Shown one piece after another: positions 19,927 through 29,398 of a stretch of 64,000 bases of DNA. Source of the stretch: a virus; the IMG/VR virus record IMGVR_UViG_3300024999_000055, positions 1 through 64,000 of that record. One strand, 5' to 3'. The translations under genes and the position numbers were made by a program. Every line of letters begins with the position of its first letter. The stretch's first letter is position 1. The notes beneath the pieces are model-generated. The model made no database searches and was not told where the DNA came from. It was given only the letters and a program-made list of their open reading frames with translations.

Positions 19927-20988
19927 ATGTTTAATAAATTAATCAATCGTTTACCAGACATTAAAACATTATCAAAACTTTTTCTTTTAGAAAATTTACC
20001 TAGATTATCCAATCAATTATCTTGTTCTAATTTTTTAGCTGCTTGCAAGGTTACAGAAAACTGTAATTCTAAATGTGAATATTGCAATTTTCATAAAACT
20101 GTAAAGAAAGAGATGGATTTTGAACAATGGGTATCCATTATTAATCAATTTAAAAATAATAATATAAAGTATGTTAGATTTACTGGTGGAGAACCGTTTA
20201 TGAATCCAAATATTTTAGACTTATTACAATATAGTAAAAATATTGGTCTACAAGTTAGTCTACAATCAAATGTTTTATTATTAGATGAATTTAAAATAAT
20301 GAAATTAAAAGAAATAGGAATAAACTCTTTGAGTATATCAATTGATGGAACAGATGATGATTATAAAGATAATCGTGGCGTAGATGGGTTTTCTAGGGTT
20401 AAAAAAATATGTGAAATATTAAGCAGAGAACTTAATGGAATTGTACAAATTACTCCAACTATAACCGATACTACAATCAAAGGTTTATATAAGGTTATTA
20501 AATTTGCTGAAGAAGTTAAAATTCCCGTTACTGGTTTTAGTGCAGTAAATATGACTCATTATTTTTTTAAAGGAGATTATAATGAGAATGCTTATAAGTC
20601 ATTAGACCGTGAAGAATTAGATATTTTTTTGAGATATTTATTTGATAATTATATTAAGAAGCATTCTGAATACTGTAAGATTTCTAGATTACAACTTTAT
20701 ACAATCAAAAAATATTTTGATGATTTTCATATGTCGGATCTTCCTTGTATAAAACCTTTTTATCAAATATGTATTGGGTCAACTGGTAATGTTTATGGGT
20801 GTTGCTCTATGAATTCAATTGGTAACTTAAATAATAATACCCTGACACAAATAATGCAGTCATCAAATTTAAAAGATGTTCGTCATCACGCATTAAATAA
20901 AACTTGTCCTGGTTGTAGTTGTGGAATGAATTTTAATAGCAAATTTAATTTGAAATATAATATAGATTCATTAAGATATTTTAAGTAA
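19927..20988 (+). CDS. Radical SAM protein with SPASM/twitch domain
   Basis: CNSKCEYC (CxxxCxxC), 'FTGGEP', 'SIDG', C-terminal 'CIKPF..GNVYGCC..CPGCSC'. Confidence 0.9.
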   Translation: MFNKLINRLPDIKTLSKLFLLENLPRLSNQLSCSNFLAACKVTENCNSKCEYCNFHKTVKKEMDFEQWVSIINQFKNNNIKYVRFTGGEPFMNPNILDLLQYSKNIGLQVSLQSNVLLLDEFKIMKLKEIGINSLSISIDGTDDDYKDNRGVDGFSRVKKICEILSRELNGIVQITPTITDTTIKGLYKVIKFAEEVKIPVTGFSAVNMTHYFFKGDYNENAYKSLDREELDIFLRYLFDNYIKKHSEYCKISRLQLYTIKKYFDDFHMSDLPCIKPFYQICIGSTGNVYGCCSMNSIGNLNNNTLTQIMQSSNLKDVRHHALNKTCPGCSCGMNFNSKFNLKYNIDSLRYFK

Positions 20989-21081
20989 TAATTATTTATA
21001 TAGCATATATTATATAAATCTTATTCTATTATTTATGTTTAAAAAGGATAAAGCAATGGCATTTTAATAATTCTAATATTT

Positions 21082-21111
21082 AAATAGAGTAGATAATTCT
21101 ACTCTATTTTT
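21082..21111 (+). terminator. Intrinsic terminator
   Basis: AATAGAGTAGA-TAAT-TCTACTCTATT then T-tract. Confidence 0.75.
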
Positions 21112-21281
21112 TGCTAACTAATGAAGATATGTTAATTGAAAATTGATTAATATTTAGAAGTAAATGTGAACTATCACGACCCCTTTAGGATAGCGGTTTT
21201 CGGCTAAGTCATTATAAATTAATAATATAAATTTTTTATTACAATATCTAAATTATAAATATATAAAGGAGTGTAAATAAT

Positions 21282-22205
21282 ATGTTAACAATAAACCTAC
21301 TTCCTGGTCATGGAATTAGTAATATTAAAGGAATACCTTATGATCCTGGAGCCACGAACAAAAATCGTACGAAAGAAGCAAAAGGAAATGAAATATTAGC
21401 AAATAAATTAAAATTTAAATTAGAGTTTAATGGTTTTAAAGTTAATCTATTAAATGATAGAGATGTAAATGCACAAATTAATTTTGTAAATAATAATAAA
21501 TGTGATTTAGCAATTTCATTACATTTTAACGCATCTAATGAAAAAGTATCTGGTATAGAAGTATTATATTCAGATGTAGCACCAGGATATAATAAAAATA
21601 CTACTTTAAAATTTGCTGATATATTATTAAATCAACTAGTAAAAGATACTGGATTAACAAATCGTGGAGTAAAATTAATAAATTCTGGTGTTGGCATAAT
21701 AAAACGTACAAAATATCCAACAGTTTTGAGTGAGAATGGTTTCATTGATCATCCAACAGAATATTTATGGGCAAAAGACGATGATAAATTAGAAATTCTT
21801 GCTATTGCACATTGTAAATCAGTTTGTGAATATTTTAGAATTGAATATAAAGATAATAAAATTAATAAGGAGATTGATAGTAATATGACAATATTACAAA
21901 CAAAAAATTCTATACAATTTAACTACAATGGAGAAAATAAAGAAGTAGAGAATTACATAATTAATGACACCAGTTACGTTAAAACAAGAGATATTATAGA
22001 TTTATTCTCAAAAATATTGAATTATGATGCAGATAATAGAATTGTTAACATAAAGGATAATACTGTAAAAATTGATGTAAATAATAAAATATTAGATGGA
22101 ATATTAATTGATGATAAGACTTACTCACCTATCCGTCCTCTATGCCAAGAATTAGGTAAAAGTGTTGATTATGATGTGATTGAGAAGAAAGTTATTGTAA
22201 AATAA
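21282..22205 (+). CDS. Endolysin, N-acetylmuramoyl-L-alanine amidase (Amidase_3) with stalk-type C-terminal domain
   Basis: 'LLPGHG..DPGA..E', 'ISLHFNA', 'VLSENGFID'. Confidence 0.9.
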   Translation: MLTINLLPGHGISNIKGIPYDPGATNKNRTKEAKGNEILANKLKFKLEFNGFKVNLLNDRDVNAQINFVNNNKCDLAISLHFNASNEKVSGIEVLYSDVAPGYNKNTTLKFADILLNQLVKDTGLTNRGVKLINSGVGIIKRTKYPTVLSENGFIDHPTEYLWAKDDDKLEILAIAHCKSVCEYFRIEYKDNKINKEIDSNMTILQTKNSIQFNYNGENKEVENYIINDTSYVKTRDIIDLFSKILNYDADNRIVNIKDNTVKIDVNNKILDGILIDDKTYSPIRPLCQELGKSVDYDVIEKKVIVK

Positions 22206-22223
22206 TTAAATATTTAAAAAGGA

Positions 22224-22583
22224 GTGTGTTCTATTATGGAACGGTTTATTACTATGGAAAATCTAACAACCATGAGTGGCCTCATATTAGTAATAGTACT
22301 ACTAACACAAAATTTTAAGGAAATTATAGATAACATTTATTTTAAATCATTTGGTAAAACATTGTCTACAAAATACCTAGTTTTCGTAATTAGTCAGGGA
22401 TTGCTTTTTTTAAGTAAATACCTTTTAGGAACTGATTTTAATGGACAAGAAATATTAATTAACTTTATAAATGGATGTATTCTTAGTGGCGTTGCAGTTA
22501 AATCAGTCGAAACATTAATGAATAAGAATAATAGTGATAGTAATGTTAAATCCAATGAAAATATTAGTGAAGATGTAAAATAA
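22224..22583 (+). CDS. Putative holin
   Basis: Three hydrophobic segments, charged C-terminus, follows endolysin; start probably ATG 22236. Confidence 0.7.
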   Translation: MCSIMERFITMENLTTMSGLILVIVLLTQNFKEIIDNIYFKSFGKTLSTKYLVFVISQGLLFLSKYLLGTDFNGQEILINFINGCILSGVAVKSVETLMNKNNSDSNVKSNENISEDVK

Positions 22584-22684
22584 CCTCCTCTACCTTTTAC
22601 ACACTGTCTCCTCTCGCCTCTTCCCCACTTTCATTTTTACGATAGGGGATAAGGTATAATTACTTGACACTATTAATTTTATAA

Positions 22685-22775
22685 AAATAAAAAACAAAAA
22701 TACGTTAGATAAGATGGACACCCAATTCTAACGTATTTTTGCATAAAGTTAATTGCGAAGTTAATATTATGTTGA
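22685..22775 (-). ncRNA. Putative small non-coding RNA of about 90 nt
   Basis: Minus-strand TTGACT-17-TATAAT (22781-22809), no ORF, 15-bp perfect stem (22695-22741) plus U-tract. Confidence 0.55.
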
Positions 22776-23044
22776 ATATTATTATAGTATAGATTGAGCA
22801 GGAAGTCAAATTTGTGAGGATGATTAATAATTGTAAATATGATAGATATTCAATAGATTAAATAATGATAAAGGAGAATTTTATATTTTTAAAAACATAA
22901 ATAAGTTGAAAGAAATAATTCTTGATATATTTATACCTAATTTATCAAAATTCACAGATTAGAATATTAATATAATATCTATATAAATAATAGAGGGTAA
23001 TTATTTACTCTCTATTATATTTTATTAAATGGAGGTGTATACTA

Positions 23045-24505
23045 ATATCATTACAAACAAAATCAATAAAATTTCACCTAAATGAGAAAGTTAATAAATC
23101 TAAAAATGAAAATATAATAGAGTTTCTAAAAGAATGTCAACAAGTAGAAAATTATCTATTAGAATATTATTGGGAGCATTTTGATACTATAATCAAATCT
23201 AGAAATAAAATAGATATGAATTATAATAATAAAATAAATTTTAGGGATACAGTTCCAATATTAAAATCTCATCATTTTTACACTGTGCTAGGACAATGTT
23301 TTTGGCAATTAAAATCTTTGCAGTCTAATATACAAAACAAAATTTATTTTAAAGATGAAGATAAGATTAAACAAAGAGTATATAACTACTGTAAACCATT
23401 TATATTTCAGTGGAATAAATTACATAAAAATGTATTAAAACAAAGTAATAAAGATAAGAAAAATAAAGAATATCAAGAATTTATTAATAATGTATTAATA
23501 TATTTAAATGATGAACAATTATTCAATCAAATGAAACAAGATATTGAGAATCGTTTTTGGAAAATTAAGTCTAATTATAAAATTCCTCAAAAGAAAGAAT
23601 TGCAGATTTGGGTTGATACATATTTAACTACAAAAATAGAAAAGAAAGAATTTGATTGGTTTTTTATTATTAGCAAAAATCAAAAACGTACTAAAAAGAT
23701 TTATGACAATATGGTAATTCCTGTAAAATTATCAGAATATCATAAAAAAACATTGGAAGGAAAAACTATTAAAAATAGTTTAAATTTAAAATTAAATAAG
23801 TATGGCAAAATTGAAATTACCGTAGTATATGAAGAAGAAATTAATTATCCAGAATCATATCCTAAAGATATACTTGGTATTGACATTGGATTAAAAAGAC
23901 TTATAACTGATTCTAATGGTGAGTTTATAAAACAAAATGTAAATATTATTAAAAAGGTAAATAATATTGTAAATAAGCAATCTAATAGACAAACATTAGA
24001 AGAACATTTAAAGGTTAAATATAATAATAATGATTTTAGACTAAAGGATAAAAGATATTTAAGACAACAAACAAAAGTATCTGATTATGTTAAAAATAAT
24101 AATAGATATAAAATAAAACAATATCTTAAATCACATACTGATTATCATATTATTATGGAAGATATCAAATTAAGAGATTCTAAAACATATGATAAAAAGA
24201 CTAATTATTTATTAAGAAGACTTCATATACAACATTTAAAGCAAGATATTTTTGGATATGCTAAAAAATTAGGGATTGGAGTTACTTTAATTAATCCTGC
24301 ATTTACAAGTCAACAATGCCCTATCTGTGGTCATATTAGTAAAGATAATCGTAAAACACAAGAGACGTTCTGTTGTGTGAAATGTGGTCATGAAAATAAT
24401 GCTGATGTAAATGCAAGTATAAATATTAAGAATAGATTATTTGAAAAAAGAATAAAACTTAATACTCCATTTTGGAAGGTAAAACAAATACTTCAAATGA
24501 AGTAA
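23045..24505 (+). CDS. tnpB: TnpB/Cas12f-like RNA-guided nuclease (RuvC D-E-D intact, Zn finger)
   Basis: 'ILGIDIG','IIMEDI','TSQQCPICG..CVKCG..NADVNASINI'; frame extends to ATA 23045 behind GGAGGTG (486 aa); no tnpA nearby. Confidence 0.85.
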   Translation: MSLQTKSIKFHLNEKVNKSKNENIIEFLKECQQVENYLLEYYWEHFDTIIKSRNKIDMNYNNKINFRDTVPILKSHHFYTVLGQCFWQLKSLQSNIQNKIYFKDEDKIKQRVYNYCKPFIFQWNKLHKNVLKQSNKDKKNKEYQEFINNVLIYLNDEQLFNQMKQDIENRFWKIKSNYKIPQKKELQIWVDTYLTTKIEKKEFDWFFIISKNQKRTKKIYDNMVIPVKLSEYHKKTLEGKTIKNSLNLKLNKYGKIEITVVYEEEINYPESYPKDILGIDIGLKRLITDSNGEFIKQNVNIIKKVNNIVNKQSNRQTLEEHLKVKYNNNDFRLKDKRYLRQQTKVSDYVKNNNRYKIKQYLKSHTDYHIIMEDIKLRDSKTYDKKTNYLLRRLHIQHLKQDIFGYAKKLGIGVTLINPAFTSQQCPICGHISKDNRKTQETFCCVKCGHENNADVNASINIKNRLFEKRIKLNTPFWKVKQILQMK

Positions 24506-24610
24506 ACTTTATTCGGCTGCATTGTAAAGCCTACGGTTAAGCGTACTTTAGTACAGACACCGTTTGAATCAAATAGAAATATTTGAATACAATTGTTGTT
24601 TGGTTATGAT
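24506..24610 (+). ncRNA. Putative omega/guide RNA of TnpB-1
   Basis: Three consecutive hairpins (GGCT..AGCC; ACGGT..GTAC-TTTA-GTAC..ACCGT; TCAAATA-GAAA-TATTTGA) right after the stop codon. Confidence 0.6.
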
Positions 24611-24925
24611 ATTTTAGGTTGAGTTAAATTTAAGTGTAATTTAGGATAAATTTCATAGCCTATAAACTGTTGTATTATAAGGGTTTGTAGGTTGGGTAAA
24701 TTTGGAATATTAATAAATAAACGATATTTTATGGCTATTTCGAGGGTTGATTTTGATTAGGATAAAATGTGTGTTGAAGGAATTTGAGTGGTTTATTTGG
24801 GTGAAATATGGAGTTTGTTTTTGATTTTTGGTTTTTATATGGGTGATATTAAAATAAATATTTCTATAGAAAATAAGGCATCTCTTTTAGAGGTGCTTCT
24901 TTTTGTGTGGAAATAATTTACACAG

Positions 24926-25003
24926 TAAGCAGACTAGGATAGGCCATCCAAAAGATAGTATTCCTTAACTATTTGTCTGCTTATAGATTTTTTTATTAAG
25001 GAA
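24926..25003 (+). ncRNA. Structured leader RNA copy 1 (three-way junction, AGGCC loop, predicted pseudoknot)
   Basis: TAAGCAGAC/GTCTGCTTA; GGAT-AGGCC-ATCC; loop TTCCTTAA complementary to TTAAGGAA 24996-25003. Confidence 0.6.
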
Positions 25004-25024
25004 AACAAAATAATATTAAAGGAG

Positions 25025-26977
25025 ATGTTAAAAATGAATTATGAAAAGTATTTTACATCATTAGATTCAACAAAGAAAGAAAATTTTATTAATGATGTAG
25101 TTAATTTAACAATCAAGGATTTAGTAAGTTATGGTAATGTGATTAGTGATGAAAAATACACAGAATCATTAAAAATTATTGCAGATAATATTATGTTTTA
25201 TGATAACAATAAAATTATAAATGCAATTAATTTTCCTACTGGCTGTGGCAAAACGACAATAATGATAAATAGTATTGCATATATGGTTAATAATAAAGAA
25301 TTATTGCCTTATTCTGGTACAATAATATTAAGATTATATAAAAGTGATTGTGATGATACAGCAAGTGCCATTAATAAAAAGGTCAAGAAAAATGTTGCCT
25401 ATAGTTTTCATAGTGGAGATAACAAAAATAGAATAAATAATGAAGATTTATCTACTTATCCAATTGTAGTAATGACACATGAAGGATTTAAAACACTAAT
25501 AAAAAATAATGATTTAGAAAGATTGCAATGTTGGGCAAATAAAAAGAGAAATAGAATAACAAAAGAATATAATAAATTTTATAGACAAAGATTGATTATT
25601 GATGAAGAGATTAAAAATGTAAGATTCTTTGAAGTAAATATTAAAACTATAAATAATTTAGAAAATTGTATTATGAATCTTGGAAATAATGATTTATACG
25701 ATGAATTTATTGAATTTATTATTAAGATTAAAAGAGAATTTTTAAAGCCATATGCGATCCAGAAAAATAAGATGTTTTTTATCACCCTTGATAATATAGT
25801 TGTGCCTGAAAAATTAGATGAAGTAATTTATGATTCTAAAGATAAAATAGCACAAGAAAGTTTATTAAGTATCCATAATTTACTTGAACATGGTGGATAT
25901 TTAAGATATAGTGATGAAATTGAGCATAAAAGTATAGTAACATTTCAATATATTGATATTAATTCTCCTTTATTTAGTCAAATTGCTTTAGATGCAACAA
26001 GTGGAATTAATCATTTATATAAAATAAATAAAGATTATAATGTAATTAATTTACCAATAATAAAAAATTATAATAATACATATATAAATATATTCAATGG
26101 AATTACAGGTAGTAGAAAATCTATAGGAGATAATTTAGAAGAAGGATTATTAGATAAATTCGTTGAGTATATAGAAAATAATATCGTAGAAACAGATAAA
26201 GTATTAATAATATTAAATAAAAAAGATTATGAAGCACCTATTAAAAAAAGATTTAAAGATTACATATATCTTGAAAATTTAATTTTTACATACTATGGAT
26301 TAACTACTGGAATAAATGATTATGCAGAATGTAATAAATTATTTTCTTTAGGGATACCTCTTATGGACGATCCTTGTACTCCCTTATTATATTTTTTATC
26401 AACAATAGAAATTGATAAATTAAAACCTGATAATTTTAATTCTATGGATACTACATTAATACCAAAAAAAGGTGCTAGAAGATTTATTGAAGAAGAATTT
26501 GAGAATATTAGAGTATCACAAACTGCTTCAGTAGTTACTCAAGCAATTAATAGAATATCATGTAGACAATATATTAAAGGAGATACACCACTTACTTATA
26601 TTTTTCTTATAAATAAGGATAAAGAGATAGATAATTTAATATCAATATCTATGCCAGGAGTTAATATTAGTTATGATTGGAAATTAGATTTTGAAGATAA
26701 GAAAGGAAATATTAAAACTAGAAAAATTACACCTGAAGAAAAGTTGATTCATGTGATGCAGAGAATTATTGAAGATGAAGAATATAGAAATGAATTAATT
26801 GAAAAGAAAATGTATAGTGTGGATAAAGGGATTAAAAAGAGTAAGTTAAGAGAATTAGCAGATATGGGAAATAGAGTGGCATATAACGATGCTATGAAGA
26901 AACCACTTATGGAACAATTTATTAAAGATTATAATTTGACCATTAATAGTACAGATAAATGCATAAAATTAATTTAA
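25025..26977 (+). CDS. SF2 helicase-like protein (possible origin-binding/initiator)
   Basis: Walker A 'FPTGCGKTT', 'VVMTH', Walker B 'LIIDEE', 'LDATS', 'GINDY', 'QAINRISCR'. Confidence 0.8.
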   Translation: MLKMNYEKYFTSLDSTKKENFINDVVNLTIKDLVSYGNVISDEKYTESLKIIADNIMFYDNNKIINAINFPTGCGKTTIMINSIAYMVNNKELLPYSGTIILRLYKSDCDDTASAINKKVKKNVAYSFHSGDNKNRINNEDLSTYPIVVMTHEGFKTLIKNNDLERLQCWANKKRNRITKEYNKFYRQRLIIDEEIKNVRFFEVNIKTINNLENCIMNLGNNDLYDEFIEFIIKIKREFLKPYAIQKNKMFFITLDNIVVPEKLDEVIYDSKDKIAQESLLSIHNLLEHGGYLRYSDEIEHKSIVTFQYIDINSPLFSQIALDATSGINHLYKINKDYNVINLPIIKNYNNTYINIFNGITGSRKSIGDNLEEGLLDKFVEYIENNIVETDKVLIILNKKDYEAPIKKRFKDYIYLENLIFTYYGLTTGINDYAECNKLFSLGIPLMDDPCTPLLYFLSTIEIDKLKPDNFNSMDTTLIPKKGARRFIEEEFENIRVSQTASVVTQAINRISCRQYIKGDTPLTYIFLINKDKEIDNLISISMPGVNISYDWKLDFEDKKGNIKTRKITPEEKLIHVMQRIIEDEEYRNELIEKKMYSVDKGIKKSKLRELADMGNRVAYNDAMKKPLMEQFIKDYNLTINSTDKCIKLI

Positions 26978-26988
26978 ATAATATAAAA

Positions 26989-27033
26989 ATCGTAAGGTTA
27001 CTCATATAAGTATATATACAGTAACCTTACGAT
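26989..27033. repeat. 14-bp perfect inverted repeat between helicase and HNH genes
   Basis: ATCGTAAGGTTACT-N17-AGTAACCTTACGAT, no U-tract. Confidence 0.8.
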
Positions 27034-27063
27034 AAATTATTAATATAATATCGGAGGTAAAAT

Positions 27064-27927
27064 ATGAATAACATAGAAGATATGTCTTTAAATCAATTCA
27101 ACAATTATTTAAATGAATTAATTAATCAGTTTGTTGAATCGCATCAAGAAGAATACCAAGAAGGTAAAATTAATTATTTTTTAAATAAGAAAATTAAAAA
27201 TATAAGTAATATAGATACAATAACTATAATTAAAGATGTTCCTTTGGATGTATATATAAGAAATTTAAAAGAAATTAGAATTTGGAGAAATAATATAATT
27301 AAAAAATATAATGGTAAATGTTTTATTTCAGGAGAAACTTATGACGAAGTACACCATATAACTTCATTTTTAGCATGTATGGTAGATACTTTGAATGAAT
27401 TAGGGTTAGATAGGAGAAAATATATTGCTGATTATAGTGAAGAAGAATTAGATAATATAACTAATATTTTTATTGAAAAACATAAAAATATAGATGCTAT
27501 ATTATTAACACAGAAATTGCATTATGAATTTCATTATATTTTCGGCAAATATTGTTTTGATGAAAAAGATTTAGAATTGTTTATTAAATATAAAAATAAT
27601 GAAATAGAATTAGATATAAGAAAGATACAAAAAGAAAAATATAAAGAATTTAAAAATAATATTAAAACATATAAACCTTTGTCACCAGAAAATATATTAT
27701 TTAATATTTTAAATAAAATTATTAATGATGAAGATTATAAACAGCAATTAATTAAATCCAATATGTATGATAAAAACAAAGGAATTACTAAAACAAAATT
27801 AAGAGAATTAAGTAATATAAATAGTAGAACAACATTTAAAAGAGTAATGAGTGGTGAATTAATAGAAAATTTATTTAAAAATAATAATATTACATATGGC
27901 AATAATGATCATTATATAAAATTTTAA
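27064..27927 (+). CDS. HNH-family nuclease fused to a C-terminal domain shared with the upstream helicase
   Basis: 'KCFISG..EVHHITSF..LHYEFHYIFG'; C-terminal 80 aa align to helicase C-terminus. Confidence 0.7.
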   Translation: MNNIEDMSLNQFNNYLNELINQFVESHQEEYQEGKINYFLNKKIKNISNIDTITIIKDVPLDVYIRNLKEIRIWRNNIIKKYNGKCFISGETYDEVHHITSFLACMVDTLNELGLDRRKYIADYSEEELDNITNIFIEKHKNIDAILLTQKLHYEFHYIFGKYCFDEKDLELFIKYKNNEIELDIRKIQKEKYKEFKNNIKTYKPLSPENILFNILNKIINDEDYKQQLIKSNMYDKNKGITKTKLRELSNINSRTTFKRVMSGELIENLFKNNNITYGNNDHYIKF

Positions 27928-28086
27928 TATTAATTTATGTAGTTACATAGAAAATTACCCTTTTTGCATTTTCTATTACAGAGTGAATCCTACTTTTTTA
28001 TATATGATTTTACATATTTGGCAATAAATAATTTTAAATTTTACCTTATCAAACCAATTGAAAATTTTTACTTGCCAAAGGCATCC

Positions 28087-28196
28087 TCTTAATATTATAG
28101 AATTTCATTACACTTCGCTACACTTACGTTTCGCTACGTTCCATTTCATTCTATAATATTAAGATTGTCCTTATTAATTTTCGCTTATAGCGAAAA
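28087..28196. other. Origin-like structured non-coding region
   Basis: 17-bp perfect IR around a 44-nt loop with TTCGCTAC repeats, then TTTTCGCT-TAT-AGCGAAAA hairpin. Confidence 0.45.
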
Positions 28197-28285
28197 GTTA
28201 ATTCGTCCAAATTAGAATTTTATTGTTTTTTATTAGATTGGTATTTGATAGATAGTATTAGATTAATAATATAGTAACAAGGAGA

Positions 28286-28519
28286 TTGATAATGAACAAT
28301 TTACTAGAATTAGAATCTACAGAAGAATGTAAATATTGCTCTGCTTCAAATATTCTAATGTCCTCCTCTACATCATCTAACTTCAAAGATAAAGAATATT
28401 TCTTATATTTTCAGAATAATAATTTGAGTTTGTTTGAGGGTGGTGAGGAAGGAATGGTAGTTTTGGATGAGATTAGGATTGGGTATTGCATGTTTTGTGG
28501 TAGGGAATTGTTTGGTTGA
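28286..28519 (+). CDS. Small Zn-binding hypothetical protein
   Basis: CKYC..YCMFCGREL; SD AAGGAG. Confidence 0.65.
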   Translation: MIMNNLLELESTEECKYCSASNILMSSSTSSNFKDKEYFLYFQNNNLSLFEGGEEGMVVLDEIRIGYCMFCGRELFG

Positions 28520-28622
28520 GGTTGTTTAATTGGTTATTAGACTAATAAAATAAATATTTATATTTTAATAGAGCATAATTTCTGCTCTATTTTTTTTATT
28601 TTTAAGGAGGTTTAATTATAAT

Positions 28623-29285
28623 TTGAATAATTTGGAAGTTACAAATATTACATATAATCATACAATACTTCGTGCAACAAATCCAGAATTAAGAAAGCAA
28701 GGTAAAGAATTTATTAATACATATCACTCATACATAAAGTTTTCAGATAGACCATCAAGAAAATTATATTGGAATTTATATGAAAATGGTGAAATGGTAG
28801 GAGTATTTGCATTAGGGAGTGCTTTTTCACATTCTAAAATAGTAAAAGAATATATGATAAATAACAATTTACAATTTAATGAAGTGGCAAATAATATTGT
28901 CTATTGTTTGGCAAATTGTGAAAATAAAAATGCAGGTACAATATTTTTAAAATTATGTAGACAAGATGCTATTAAGTGGTGGAATGAAAGATATGGAGAT
29001 TATTTAAAAGCATTTCAAACTTTTATACTTCCACCAAGAATAGGTGCTATATACAAAGCAGATAATTGGAGTTTAATTGGTGAGACAATTGGAAATTCTC
29101 AAAAAACTAAAAACATAAGACCAGATAAAATTGATCAATATAAAAATGTACAGAAGAAAACATTCAAAGATGGTAGAGTGGAATATTGTATATATATCGA
29201 AAATAAAGTAGAACCAAAATTAATATTTATGAAATTAGTTAAGGATAAAGAATTGAAAAGAATATTGGGAATTAAGAATTTATAG
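28623..29285 (+). CDS. Mom/DUF4338-like GNAT-fold protein (putative DNA modification)
   Basis: 'FINTYHSY', 'VGVFALGS', 'FQTFI..GAIYKADNWSLIGETIG'. Confidence 0.6.
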   Translation: MNNLEVTNITYNHTILRATNPELRKQGKEFINTYHSYIKFSDRPSRKLYWNLYENGEMVGVFALGSAFSHSKIVKEYMINNNLQFNEVANNIVYCLANCENKNAGTIFLKLCRQDAIKWWNERYGDYLKAFQTFILPPRIGAIYKADNWSLIGETIGNSQKTKNIRPDKIDQYKNVQKKTFKDGRVEYCIYIENKVEPKLIFMKLVKDKELKRILGIKNL

Positions 29286-29398
29286 TTTAAATTGATATAT
29301 TTTTAAAATTGAATTTGAATTGAATATTTAAATTTAATATTTGAGTTTTTTTAGAGTGGGCAAATTATCTGCTCTTTTTTGTTTTGTAGTTTTATATG

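Noticed and set aside
22867-22884. Dif-like site upstream of TnpB-1 (GATAAA-GGAGAA-TTTTAT)
   Set aside because: Only A/T matches, which is plausible by chance at this base composition
24506-24900. CRISPR array next to TnpB-1
   Set aside because: Only one repeat-like end (TTGAATAC); no regularly spaced repeats
25025-29285. Canonical Druantia system
   Set aside because: Helicase is only 650 aa with no DUF1998-type Cys motif, and other Dru genes are absent
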